A stretch of DNA of 64,000 nt, taken from contig JAPSGB010000018.1 in the NCBI GenBank assembly GCA_035063585.1, positions 21,517-85,516 on the forward strand, read 5' to 3'. Below are positions 27,009-36,900 of this stretch, piece by piece. The stretch's first letter is position 1, and every line of letters begins with the position of its first letter. The notes under the pieces are model-generated. The model searched no databases. It worked only from the letters and a program-made list of their open reading frames with translations, and was not told the DNA's origin. Source of the DNA: Polyangiaceae bacterium. Lineage in GTDB: Bacteria > Myxococcota_A > Polyangia > Polyangiales > Polyangiaceae. The position numbers and the translations under genes were made by a program.

Positions 27009-28621
27009 TTGTCCCCGAGCGGCGTGAGGCGCGCGAGGCCGATGCGGCGCGCCAGGTTGACGTGCACGCCGCCGCAGGTATCCGCCACGCGACAGGTGCG
27101 GCAGCGAACGCTCTTCGTGCGGTCCAGGCGCCGGAGAAACAGGTGGGTGAAGCCGACCACGTCGAGGCTGTTCGGACCCTTCACGGCGATCAGATCGATG
27201 ACGTCCTCCTCCGGGGGCAGCTCCGCTCGCGAGCGCGCGAGGCAGGCCGGCAAGCCCGCCACCGGCAACTCAGTGGCCTCGGCAGCGCGCGGGTCCACCC
27301 CGTGGCGCTGCTCGTCACGCATGCGCTCCCAGGTCGGCACGACGACGAGCTCCGCGCGTGCGCGGAGCGCTGGCGTTGGCTCTGCCCCAGCGCTCAGTAC
27401 GAGCCCGACCCGTTCGGCGGGCGAGAAATCCGTGGACGGCGACAGGACCGCGTCGGCGCGGACCAGGAGCATCGCCGAGCGCGGTACGGGCCCGTCACCC
27501 AGCTCGTCGATTTCCACGATCGCGGGCGGCTCCTCGAGCTGGAGTTCCTCGAGCGCTCGACGCACGGTGTCGCCGTGGCGCGCCACGAGCCAGAGCCGGC
27601 GCTCGCCACGCACCGAGGCGAGCAGGGTCAGCTGACGCTCATCGTCGAGATCGCAGCGCACGATGGCGCGCCTCCCGGCAAGCAAGTCCTTGCGTAAGGC
27701 GTAGAGCGCGTCGCAGAACGGACGCCGATAACACACTCGGCACGCCTCACCGCGGCAGAGAATGTCCTCTCCAGCCTCGGCAAACCGGCTGAAGAGTCGG
27801 GTGCGAAGCTCGGTGTCCTTGATCTCCGGCAGATACTCCTCGTGATGGACGTACTCCGTCTCGAACCCCTCGAAGTAGTCGGCAGGGAAGAGCTTCGGGC
27901 GAAACTCGAGGCCTAGCGCCTCGGCGACGCTCCGCGCCTGCGCGACATGCGGACGGGCGGCCTCATCATCGAGCCCGAGCTCATCGAGAGACTCGAAGAG
28001 CGCGCGCCCAGCCGGCGCGACCCTCACCGCGGTGAGGCCCGCTACCCCCGGAATCAAGGTCAACAGCTCGGAGAGCTGGCTCACGTTGACCTTGTTCACG
28101 ACCGTCGAGAGGCTGACGCGACAGCGCCCGGTCGCGAGTAGATTCTGGATACCCGCGCGCGTCTGCTCGAAGGAACCGGGATTCTGGCTGAGGTGGTCGT
28201 GCGTCGCCGCGTCGCGGCCGAGCACGGCCACGAACGCCTCGCTGAGCCCGCGCGCGACCGCGCGTTTCGCGAACGACTCATAGGCGAACATGCGACCGTT
28301 GGTGATGACCGTCACGCGCTCGGCGCCGCGGTCGCGCGCGTAAGCGATGACGTCGAGGAAGCGCGGGTGGATGGTCGGCTCACCTCCTGAGAGGAAGACC
28401 CGACGGACGCCCTGTGCGAGACCCTCGTCGATCATCGCGGTCATCGCCTCGAAGTCCCAGAACGTGCCGTCCTGAAAGGGCGCGTCGTTGCAGAACCGGC
28501 AATGATTGTTCGAGGCGCGGCTCATCTTGAGGAAGATCTCGCCGCGCCGACGGATCGCTATGGAGAGCGTCTCGGCCTTGTTCTCGACGATCTTCAGCCG
28601 GAGGTCGGGGCGAGCGAGCAT
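27005..28621 (-). CDS. Radical SAM-like protein with SxxxCxxC motif (paralog 2 of 3)
   Basis: SNNHCRFC, SGGEPTIHP, ITNGRMF; internal CRGEACRVCYRRPFC; C-terminal TKSVRCRTCRVADTCGGVHVN. Confidence 0.85.
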   Translation of the reverse strand: MLARPDLRLKIVENKAETLSIAIRRRGEIFLKMSRASNNHCRFCNDAPFQDGTFWDFEAMTAMIDEGLAQGVRRVFLSGGEPTIHPRFLDVIAYARDRGAERVTVITNGRMFAYESFAKRAVARGLSEAFVAVLGRDAATHDHLSQNPGSFEQTRAGIQNLLATGRCRVSLSTVVNKVNVSQLSELLTLIPGVAGLTAVRVAPAGRALFESLDELGLDDEAARPHVAQARSVAEALGLEFRPKLFPADYFEGFETEYVHHEEYLPEIKDTELRTRLFSRFAEAGEDILCRGEACRVCYRRPFCDALYALRKDLLAGRRAIVRCDLDDERQLTLLASVRGERRLWLVARHGDTVRRALEELQLEEPPAIVEIDELGDGPVPRSAMLLVRADAVLSPSTDFSPAERVGLVLSAGAEPTPALRARAELVVVPTWERMRDEQRHGVDPRAAEATELPVAGLPACLARSRAELPPEEDVIDLIAVKGPNSLDVVGFTHLFLRRLDRTKSVRCRTCRVADTCGGVHVNLARRIGLARLTPLGDK

Positions 28622-28794
28622 GGGTCGAGCTGACGAGGAGGCGTCGAAGACGCGCAGTCTACACCGGAGCGCACCCGGTCGCGAGCCGGCCGCCTGCACC
28701 GGCACCCGCGCTCTCCGCTGGTCCAAGGACCGCCGCTCGCGGGGCGACGGCTCACGCGCCTTCGATGCGCGTGGTAGTGTGGGCGCGCGAGGCG

Positions 28795-29877
28795 ATGCGG
28801 ATCCTGCTTGTCACCAACGAGGGCCGAGGGCGGTACGCTGGCCGGCGCTTCGAGTGGCTGGGCATGGATCTTACCTATTCGAGTTTCACGTTCGAGGCGC
28901 TCGTACGCTTTCGCGACGCACCCGACGCCCGCCCCGTCATCCATCGCCAAGCGCTCGAGCGCGCCCTCGAGGAACTCGAGGCCTTCGACGGCGTCGTGGC
29001 CGAGGAACCGGAGACGGTGCTGCTCGAGTACGTCCGGCGGCGGCGAGGGCTCGCGCGCAAGCGCTGGCTGGTCAACACCGTGCAGCTCTTCCGCCGCGCG
29101 GGGCCGCTTCGGGAGTTGATACGAGCTCACTATGGCGAGGACCCGCTAGCGGTGGTGGCCGCGGACCCAAGCCTTCACTGGATCGTCACCACTTCGGCGC
29201 ATCGCGAGCAGCTCACCGCGCTCGGCGTGCCCGACGAGCGCTCGAGCTACATCCCAACGACGAGCGCCATCCAGACCGGCTTCTTCCCCGACTCGACGCC
29301 TGCCTTCGTCGCCGGCCGGCGCGCAGCGCTCCCGCAGACCCTCGAGAGCCTGCGAGGCCAGGTGCTCCTGGCCGGCACCAACCATCGAGATCTTCCCACC
29401 CTCGCACGAGCCGCCGCGCTCTTGCCGGCGCCCGTCCACGTGCTCACGGATCTCGAGCGGAACCAGCGGGTAGAGTCGCCGCACCTCCGCTACCACGGGC
29501 TGGTCCCACTCGACACGTTCATCGGCGCGGTGGCCCACGCGGGCGTGCTCGTGCTCCCGCTGCTTCCGACCACCGAGAGCTGCGGCCAGCAGACGCTCGC
29601 CGCCGCACAACGCGTCGGCACGCTCGTGGTCGCCAGCGACGTGCCCGCGCTGCGCGACTACATCGAAGACGGCCGGTCCGGGTTTCTGGTGCGACCGGAC
29701 GACGCGGAGGCGCTCGCACTCGGCATCGAGCGAGCGCTCGCTCACCGCGATGACGAGAGCATCATCGCGGCCGGGCGCGCTCGCGACGAACGGGACGCCC
29801 AGCGCATCATCGAGCTCATGCACCGCGTGTTCGCCGGCGACGGGGGTCGGCTTGAGAGCGCTCGGGCGTCGGGATAG
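28795..29877 (+). CDS. GT-B fold glycosyltransferase (family 4-like)
   Basis: MRILLVTN; C-terminal ESCGQQTLAAAQ...VVASDVPALRDYIEDGRSGFLVRPDDAEALA. Confidence 0.75.
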   Translation: MRILLVTNEGRGRYAGRRFEWLGMDLTYSSFTFEALVRFRDAPDARPVIHRQALERALEELEAFDGVVAEEPETVLLEYVRRRRGLARKRWLVNTVQLFRRAGPLRELIRAHYGEDPLAVVAADPSLHWIVTTSAHREQLTALGVPDERSSYIPTTSAIQTGFFPDSTPAFVAGRRAALPQTLESLRGQVLLAGTNHRDLPTLARAAALLPAPVHVLTDLERNQRVESPHLRYHGLVPLDTFIGAVAHAGVLVLPLLPTTESCGQQTLAAAQRVGTLVVASDVPALRDYIEDGRSGFLVRPDDAEALALGIERALAHRDDESIIAAGRARDERDAQRIIELMHRVFAGDGGRLESARASG

Positions 29878-29886
29878 AATCACGGA

Positions 29887-31866
29887 GTGACCTCGGAATT
29901 CGGCCGGCGTGTCTATCTCATCCAGATATGCAACGTCTTCGCCGACAGTATCTACCTCCCGCTCGCCGCCGGGATGTTGCGCGCGTCCGCCGCCTCGGAT
30001 CCCGAGGTCGGTGCCGCGTTTTGCTTCGCGCCCATCATCAACGAACGCTTCGATCTGAGCGAGGTAGGGACGCGAATCGAGGCGCCAGCCGTGGTTGGTC
30101 TCTCCACGTACATTTGGAACTGGGAGTACAGCCTGGCGCTCGCGAAGAGGCTGAAGTCGCTGTACCCGAACGTGCTCATCGTGGCGGGCGGCCCCCAGAT
30201 CCCGGAAGACTCGAGAGCGTTGGTCGCCGACGGGCCGCTCGACGTGACGGTCCATGGGGAGGGTGAGCTCACCTTTACGGAGCTGCTTCGAGCGCTGGCG
30301 CGAGGAGCGGCGCTCGAGACGGTGGACGGGGTGACGACTCGTACCGCGCGCGGCGCGTCGGTCGCGCCGCGTCGCCCACGCATCGAGCACCTCGATGCGC
30401 TGCCGTCACCGTTCCTTCGGGGAGATTTCGAGGATCTCTTGAGCGGAGGCCGTTCACTCATCGGGCTCTGGGAGACGAACCGAGGCTGCCCGTTCGAGTG
30501 CGCGTTCTGCTACTGGGGTTCGGCGGTAAACACCCGCGTTCGCGAGTTCGACATGAGACGCCTGCTCGCCGAGCTCGCCTGGTTCGAGGACCATCGAATC
30601 GACTATGTCCTCTGCGCGGACGCGAATTTCGGGATCAAGAAGCGAGACCTCGAGATCGCGCAGAGCGTGGTCGCGGCCAAGCGTCGGAGCGGGTTTCCCC
30701 GAAAATTTCGGGTCTTCTCTACCAAGAATGCCTCGGAGCGCGTGGTCGACGTCATGGAGACGCTACGCAGCGAGGGCCTCGACATGGGGCTCAGCCTGAC
30801 CATGCAGTCGCTCGACGAGAGCACGCTCGCGGCCATCGGCAGAAAGAACATCAAGCTCTCCACCTATCTCGAGCTTCGCCGCGAGGCCGGGAAGCGTAAC
30901 ATGCCAACCTACTGCGATCTCATCGTGGGGCTCCCGGGGGAGACCTACGACTCGTTCTTGGACGGGCTCGACCGCTTGATGTCGCTCGGCCAGCACGACA
31001 ACGTGCACGTCTATACCTGCACGCTGCTGGTCGGCTCAGCGATGGCAGATCCGGCCTACCAGGCCGAGCACGGCCTCGTGACCGTCGAGAACCCCATCCT
31101 CGAGCGCCATATGCGAGCGGACGCCATCCGCGACACCAGCATCCCCGAATACGAACGGGTAGTGGTCGCCACGCGAACCATGCCAAGAGAGAGTTGGATC
31201 GAGACGAACACCGCGACCGTCCTCGTGAACGTCCTTCATTATCAGAAGGTTGGGCATTTCATCGCCATCTACCTCCACCACGAGCACGGGGTTCGCTATC
31301 GCGACTTCTACGAACACCTCGTGCGCCGAGCGACCGACTCGGAGGCGTTCCCGAGGCTCGCGGCCGTGCTCGGGTTCACTCGCGCCTACTATCGCTCGCT
31401 CACCGAGGGGCGCGCCGAGCGGCTCACCTTCCCGGAGTTCGGCAACGTCGTGTGGCCGGTCGAAGAGGCCGCGTTCCTCCTCGCCTCGAAGGACTTCGAC
31501 GCGCTCTTCGAGGAACTCCGTGCGCTCGTCCTCGAGCTCGGGCGCGCAAACGAGCTCACGCTCGATGCCGCGCTACTGTCGGAGCTCGTCGACTATCAGC
31601 GCGCGCTGGTCCCGCGCCCTTCCGGTCCGGTCGCGCCCGAGCTCACGCTCCGCCATGACTGGCCCGCCTACTTCCAAGCGGCGCTCGGCGAGGAGCCGGC
31701 GCGGCTCCGTACCGCTGAGGTCCGTCTGAGAGTCCTCGATCAGCACCAGGCCGGCGGCGATGTCGCGACTTACGCTCGCAAGGTCGCGTGGTACGCGCGC
31801 TCATCCACCGACATCCCCTACCACCTCGAGCGCCTCTCGCCAGCGCGAGCGCAGGTGACTCCGTAG
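29887..31866 (+). CDS. Cobalamin-dependent radical SAM protein
   Basis: B12-binding domain (VVGLSTYIWN, IVAGGPQ, VHGEGE), ETNRGCPFECAFC, DANFG, IVGLPGET. Confidence 0.9.
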   Translation: MTSEFGRRVYLIQICNVFADSIYLPLAAGMLRASAASDPEVGAAFCFAPIINERFDLSEVGTRIEAPAVVGLSTYIWNWEYSLALAKRLKSLYPNVLIVAGGPQIPEDSRALVADGPLDVTVHGEGELTFTELLRALARGAALETVDGVTTRTARGASVAPRRPRIEHLDALPSPFLRGDFEDLLSGGRSLIGLWETNRGCPFECAFCYWGSAVNTRVREFDMRRLLAELAWFEDHRIDYVLCADANFGIKKRDLEIAQSVVAAKRRSGFPRKFRVFSTKNASERVVDVMETLRSEGLDMGLSLTMQSLDESTLAAIGRKNIKLSTYLELRREAGKRNMPTYCDLIVGLPGETYDSFLDGLDRLMSLGQHDNVHVYTCTLLVGSAMADPAYQAEHGLVTVENPILERHMRADAIRDTSIPEYERVVVATRTMPRESWIETNTATVLVNVLHYQKVGHFIAIYLHHEHGVRYRDFYEHLVRRATDSEAFPRLAAVLGFTRAYYRSLTEGRAERLTFPEFGNVVWPVEEAAFLLASKDFDALFEELRALVLELGRANELTLDAALLSELVDYQRALVPRPSGPVAPELTLRHDWPAYFQAALGEEPARLRTAEVRLRVLDQHQAGGDVATYARKVAWYARSSTDIPYHLERLSPARAQVTP

Positions 31867-31868
31867 CC

Positions 31869-32579
31869 ATGCGGATCTCGTTCTTCTTCCCGGCCTACCA
31901 CGACGAGGCGACGGTCGAGCCGCTCGCTCGGCGGCTCGACGAGGTGCTCGGCGAAGTCTGCGATGAGCACGAGATCATCATCGTCGACGACGCGAGCCCG
32001 GACCGCTCGGGACGGATCGCAGACGAGCTCGCCGCAAGGAATCCCCGGATCCGCGCCATCCATCACCCGGAAAACCGAGGATATGGGCAGGCCGTGTGGA
32101 GTGGGCTCACGGCCGCCCGCTACGAGTGGGTCGGCTTCACCGACGGCGACATGCAGTATGACGTCGCCGAGCTGCCGCGCTTCATCGAGGCGGCGAGAGC
32201 GGGGGCCGACGCCGTCATCGGGTACAAGACGAGCCGAGCCGAGGGGTGGAAGCGAGAGCTCACGAGCGCCGCTTACAATCGCGCGATCCGCCTCCTGCTC
32301 GGGCTCGAGCTCACGGACATCGACTGCGCGTTCAAGCTGATGCGCCGGAGGCTCGTTACCGATTACACCCCAAGCACCTACTACGCCGAGGCCTTCATCA
32401 TGGTGGAGGCGCTCTACAAGGCGCAGCGGAGTGGCGCACGCATCGTCCAAGTTCCGGTATCCCATCATCCGCGCCTCGCTGGAGAGTCGCAGTGCTTCAC
32501 CTGGCGAACCGCGCGCCGCCTCGCGTGGAACACCGCGCGTGGCGCCGTCTACGGGAGGCTGCTCGGCGCGTGGCGATGA
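31869..32579 (+). CDS. Glycosyltransferase family 2 (DPM-synthase-like)
   Basis: FFPAYHDE, IIVDDASPD, NRGYGQA, FTDGDMQY, DIDCAFKL. Confidence 0.88.
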   Translation: MRISFFFPAYHDEATVEPLARRLDEVLGEVCDEHEIIIVDDASPDRSGRIADELAARNPRIRAIHHPENRGYGQAVWSGLTAARYEWVGFTDGDMQYDVAELPRFIEAARAGADAVIGYKTSRAEGWKRELTSAAYNRAIRLLLGLELTDIDCAFKLMRRRLVTDYTPSTYYAEAFIMVEALYKAQRSGARIVQVPVSHHPRLAGESQCFTWRTARRLAWNTARGAVYGRLLGAWR

Positions 32580-33916
32580 GCGCGCGGGAGGGACTTGGCC
32601 AAGCGGTCGTGCTCTGCGGCGGGCAGGGGCTCAGGCTGCAGCGCGTCCTCGGCGAGACGCCCAAGCCGCTCGCGCCCATCGCGGGCGAGCCGCTCCTCGG
32701 GCATCTCCTCGAGGGTTTGGGTCGGTCCGGCGCGGAAGAGGTGCTGCTCGTGGCAGGACACCGCGCGGAGCATCTCGCGCGGGCGCTGCCGAGCGTCACG
32801 CCTCGCGGACTCCGGGTCGAGCTCATTGTCGAAAAGGAGCCGCGAGGCACTGCCGGCGCGCTCCTCCAGATCGAGCAGAAGCTGCGGGAGCGCTTCCTCC
32901 TCGTCTACGGAGATCTCTTCACTGACCTTGATTTTCGCACCTTCGCGAGAGCCGCCGGCGCGCGCGGCGGGCTCGGGACGCTGCTCGTCCACCGATCGAG
33001 CCACCCCGAGGACAGCGACGTGCTGGCCGTCGACGACGCGCAGCGGGTGATCGCGTGGCTGCCGCGTGGCCCCGCGCGTCCGCCAGGCGCGGTCGTGAGC
33101 GCCGCGGCGCTCACCAACTCGGCGGTGGGTGCGTTTCACCGCTCGCTGCTCGACTACATCCCTCGCGATCGCGCGTGCGACCTCTACGGCGAGGTGCTAC
33201 CGGCGTTGATCGACGCGAGGGCGAGCGTTCACGGCTACCTCTCCTCCGAGTACGTGCGCGACATCGGGACGCCAGAGCGCCTGTCCGCGGTGGACGCCGA
33301 CGTGCGAGCCGGGAGGACCCGGCGACGCGCGGACATCGCGTTGCTCGATCGCGACGGGGTCTTGTCGCCCGAGGCGCCGCCGCTGGTGGATCGCCGAGCG
33401 CGACTGAGCCTCCTCCCCGGAGCCGCGGCCGGCGTACGGGCGCTGAATCAGGCCGGGCTCCGCGTGGCAGTGGTCACCAACCAGGCGATCGTCGCGCGCG
33501 GACTCTGCACGCCGAGTGGGCTCGAGGAAATTCACGATCGTCTCCGCGAGCTTCTCGCTCGAGAGGGAGCGACGCTGGACGCCATCTACGCGTGCCCACA
33601 TCACCCGGAGACTCATCACCCCGGCGGCGTGGCGGCGCTGCGGGGCCCGTGTCGCTGTCGCAAGCCCGCCACGGGCATGGTCGCCGACGCGCTGCGCGAC
33701 CTCGCGGTCCCGGCCTGGCGTGCGCTCGTCGTGGGCGACTCGTCGGTCGACCTGCAGCTCGCGCACAACGCCGGCCTCGCGGCGGCCGCGGTCGCCACCG
33801 GGCAGGGCGGGCGCGACGGCAGGCACCCTGCGCGACCCTCCTGGCGCTTCGCGGATCTCGAGCATGCGGCCGCTTGGATCGCGGGCGGCGAGGCGAGCGA
33901 GCCCGACGTCACGTGA
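32576..33916 (+). CDS. Fusion: sugar-phosphate nucleotidyltransferase (HddC-like) + heptose-1,7-bisphosphate phosphatase (GmhB-like)
   Basis: N-terminal LCGGQGLRL, PKPLAPI, EPRGTAGAL, DIGTPERL; C-terminal HAD LDRDGVL, VTNQ, CPHHP...CRCRKP, VVGD. Confidence 0.9.
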   Translation: MSAREGLGQAVVLCGGQGLRLQRVLGETPKPLAPIAGEPLLGHLLEGLGRSGAEEVLLVAGHRAEHLARALPSVTPRGLRVELIVEKEPRGTAGALLQIEQKLRERFLLVYGDLFTDLDFRTFARAAGARGGLGTLLVHRSSHPEDSDVLAVDDAQRVIAWLPRGPARPPGAVVSAAALTNSAVGAFHRSLLDYIPRDRACDLYGEVLPALIDARASVHGYLSSEYVRDIGTPERLSAVDADVRAGRTRRRADIALLDRDGVLSPEAPPLVDRRARLSLLPGAAAGVRALNQAGLRVAVVTNQAIVARGLCTPSGLEEIHDRLRELLAREGATLDAIYACPHHPETHHPGGVAALRGPCRCRKPATGMVADALRDLAVPAWRALVVGDSSVDLQLAHNAGLAAAAVATGQGGRDGRHPARPSWRFADLEHAAAWIAGGEASEPDVT

Positions 33917-36900
33917 TAGACTCGGCCCGCGTGCACGCGATCGGTCCGGTGACGAAGGTCGAGCAAGAGCTCCTCCAGCTCGAGCTCGGGCTGAAGTCCG
34001 CGCTCAAGGTCGAGCACGCTGGCCCCGAGCTGGAGGCCTGGCTGCGCGCCGAGGCAGCGCGTCGTGGGCTCTCGGTACTCCCGGACCGGGAGCCGACGCC
34101 CTCCTACGCGGGCGTCGAGGCGGAGCTCGCCACCTCGCTCTTCGTCGGTCCGAACGAGGCGCTCCTCGCCGAGCTGCGCGAGTGGTCGCATCGCCAACGC
34201 GACCCGCACGCGCAGAGCAGCGACAAGGCGGCGGCCATTCGCAGCATCGGCGCGGCGCTCGGATATCCGAGCTGCTGCGTCGAGGCCTACATCGCAGGGC
34301 GGGAGTTTCCGGACCAGTCGCTGGTGTTCCTGCGGCCGTTGTTCGCGACGAAGGGCACTCTAGAGCCTCTGCTCAACCTCGCCGGAAACGACGAGCTCAT
34401 CAGTCATGTACCGTGCAGCTACGGGTGCGGAGCGAGCTTGGAGCTCGCGCGACGCACCGCGCACGAGCTCGAACGACGAGAGCCGAGTGTCTGGCACGCG
34501 CGGTGGGCGCGAATGTGTGCGCCGGTGCTCGTCCTCGGGCCACGAGGGCTGGTTCGCCTCGAGCCGCGCCCGGACGACGCGGCCACTTGGGGCGGAGTAC
34601 GCTACGCGAGGGCAGACTCCTCCATGCTCTCCGACGACGCGCTCCGAGCGGCGCTCGAGAGCGGCGACGAGCTCGTGCTTCGACCGAGCTCGGTCGAGAT
34701 CAGGCGCGGGGGGCAAGCGACCTACCGCGAGCGGCGCGCGGGTCCGCTGGACCTTCCTGTCCTCCTCCGCTTCGGGGGCGCGGCTCGTCGCCCGGCGCGG
34801 GTCGCGTTGGTAGATCTTCACCGGTCGCTCATCGACTACATGGACACGATGACGCTCGCGATGGCGTCGGGCGATCTGACACGGCTCGGCGTGTCGAACG
34901 AGCTCGTCCGGCTGTACGTCGATCGCGAGAGGCCGGAGACCTGGGAGAGATCATACCTTCGTCTGGAACGGTACTTACTCGACCATCAGTTCACGGCCGC
35001 CGTCTGGAACATGGCGTTCGACGACGGGGTCGTCTCGCGACTCGGCCGCGCGGGGATGCTCCAGGTGCTCATCGACAGCCGGTTCTCGGGCGCCGCCGTC
35101 CCCTTCGATTTCGTGCTGACCTCGGCATCCCGCCAGGCGTTCTGCCGATTCTTCAGGCTCTGGTGCGAGGGAGAGGAGGATCCGGAGGTTCGTGAGCTCC
35201 TCTCACACAAGAGCGATGGTGGCTGGAGCTCCCACGCCCTCGCGGAGCCGTTGGCGCAGAGGGCGCGCATCGATGAGGACTCCTTCTGGCCAACCACGCA
35301 GTACGTCGTGCCGGACGGCGAGCACCGGCCGGCGAGCGACGTCTGGCACTTGTGCGTGAACCCCGGGTGCCCGTATGGCAAGCGGCTCGACGACAACCCT
35401 CATTTCGAAGGGCTCGAGCTCCCGGACTCGGCGAGCGCGCGCGGGTGCTCGTTCTGCGAAGAGGGCGGCGACTACGAGGGCGCTCCCGCGGAGCCGACCA
35501 TGCGGGGGCTCCTCCACCAGTTCGAGTACATAGCCAGGCGCGCGCCGCACTCGCGCTTCATCCTGCTCGAGCGAGCCGTCTTTCGCTTCCTCGAGCGCTT
35601 CCTGGTGCGCGCCGATCAGATCTCGCGCGGCTCCGCGCGCCGCGGTCAGCGGCTGGAGTTCTTCGTGACCGCGCGCACGGACGAGATCGTCCGCGAGCAA
35701 GCACATCTCCGCGAGGCGCTCGTGGTAGCCGCCGAGCGCGGCCTATTGGTGAACCTCTACCTGGTCGGCATCGAAAGCTTCTCGCAGACCGCGCTCGATC
35801 TCTTCAATAAGGGCACGCGTGTGGAGGTTCAAGTCGAGGCCATCGAGATCATGCGCGAGCTCGAGGCGGCGTTCCCCGGGACGTTCACGGCCTCGCGGAG
35901 CTCCGCGCACGGCTTCATGTTGTTCACCCCATGGACGACCATGGCCGAGCTCGTGGAAAATTGCGAGTGGATGGAGCGCACTCGGTTCTGGGAGTTTCGC
36001 TCGGAAGCCACCTTGAGCAAGCTCCGGCTCTACCCGACGGTACCTCTCTTCTACAAAGCTCGCGCCGAGGGGCTCCTCGCCCCGGGGTACGACGATGAAG
36101 AGTTCGACATGTCGATCCGCCTCGGCTACTCGAAGGAGGTCCCCTGGCGGTTCATCGACGCGAAGGTGGAGGCCGTGTATCGGCTGCTGGCCGCGGCCGC
36201 CGATCACTATCCGCGGGGTTCCCGTGAGCTCACGTTGCTCCGTGACGCGATCGCGGAGGTCGAGACGCACGGCACCGAGGTCGACGCCGAGACTTTTCAC
36301 GCTCCTCGCCGCGCCCGGCGCGCCGTCCGACCCGGCCTCGGCCGCCCGCGACGCCGGCGCTTCACCTTGGCCCTCGGCTCGCGCTCGAACCTCGGCTGCA
36401 CCTACTACGACCATGGAGACGAGGCTCCGCCACCGCCCCGCGAGGAGCTCGCACAGCGGCTGCTCGACGGGCGGAAGACCGGCGAGAGCGCGGTGACCCT
36501 CGGGGGCGCCGAGCCGCTGCTCTCGCCCTCGCTGATGTTCGCCGTGCGAGCTGCGCGGCGGTGCGGATACTCGAGCATCGCGCTCGAGACGAACGCGCTC
36601 GGGCTCGATACGGCGCGGATGACCGCGCTCCGCGAGGCCGGTCTCACACGAGTGCTGCCGTTCCTCCCGGCCTGGGATCGCGAGCCGATCGACCGCATCG
36701 CGCGCGTAGCAGGAGCCGCGGCGCTGCTCTTCCGCGCCGCGCCGGCAATCGAAGGCTCGGGGCTCGAGGTCCAACCGGTGATTCCCGTCGCTCGGGAGAC
36801 GCTCGCAGAGCTGCCGCGCTTCGTCGAGCTGGCAGAGCTCCTGTTCCCCTCGGCTCGCGGGCTCGCGCTCCGCTTCTTCCCGTCGGAGGGCACGCTCCCC

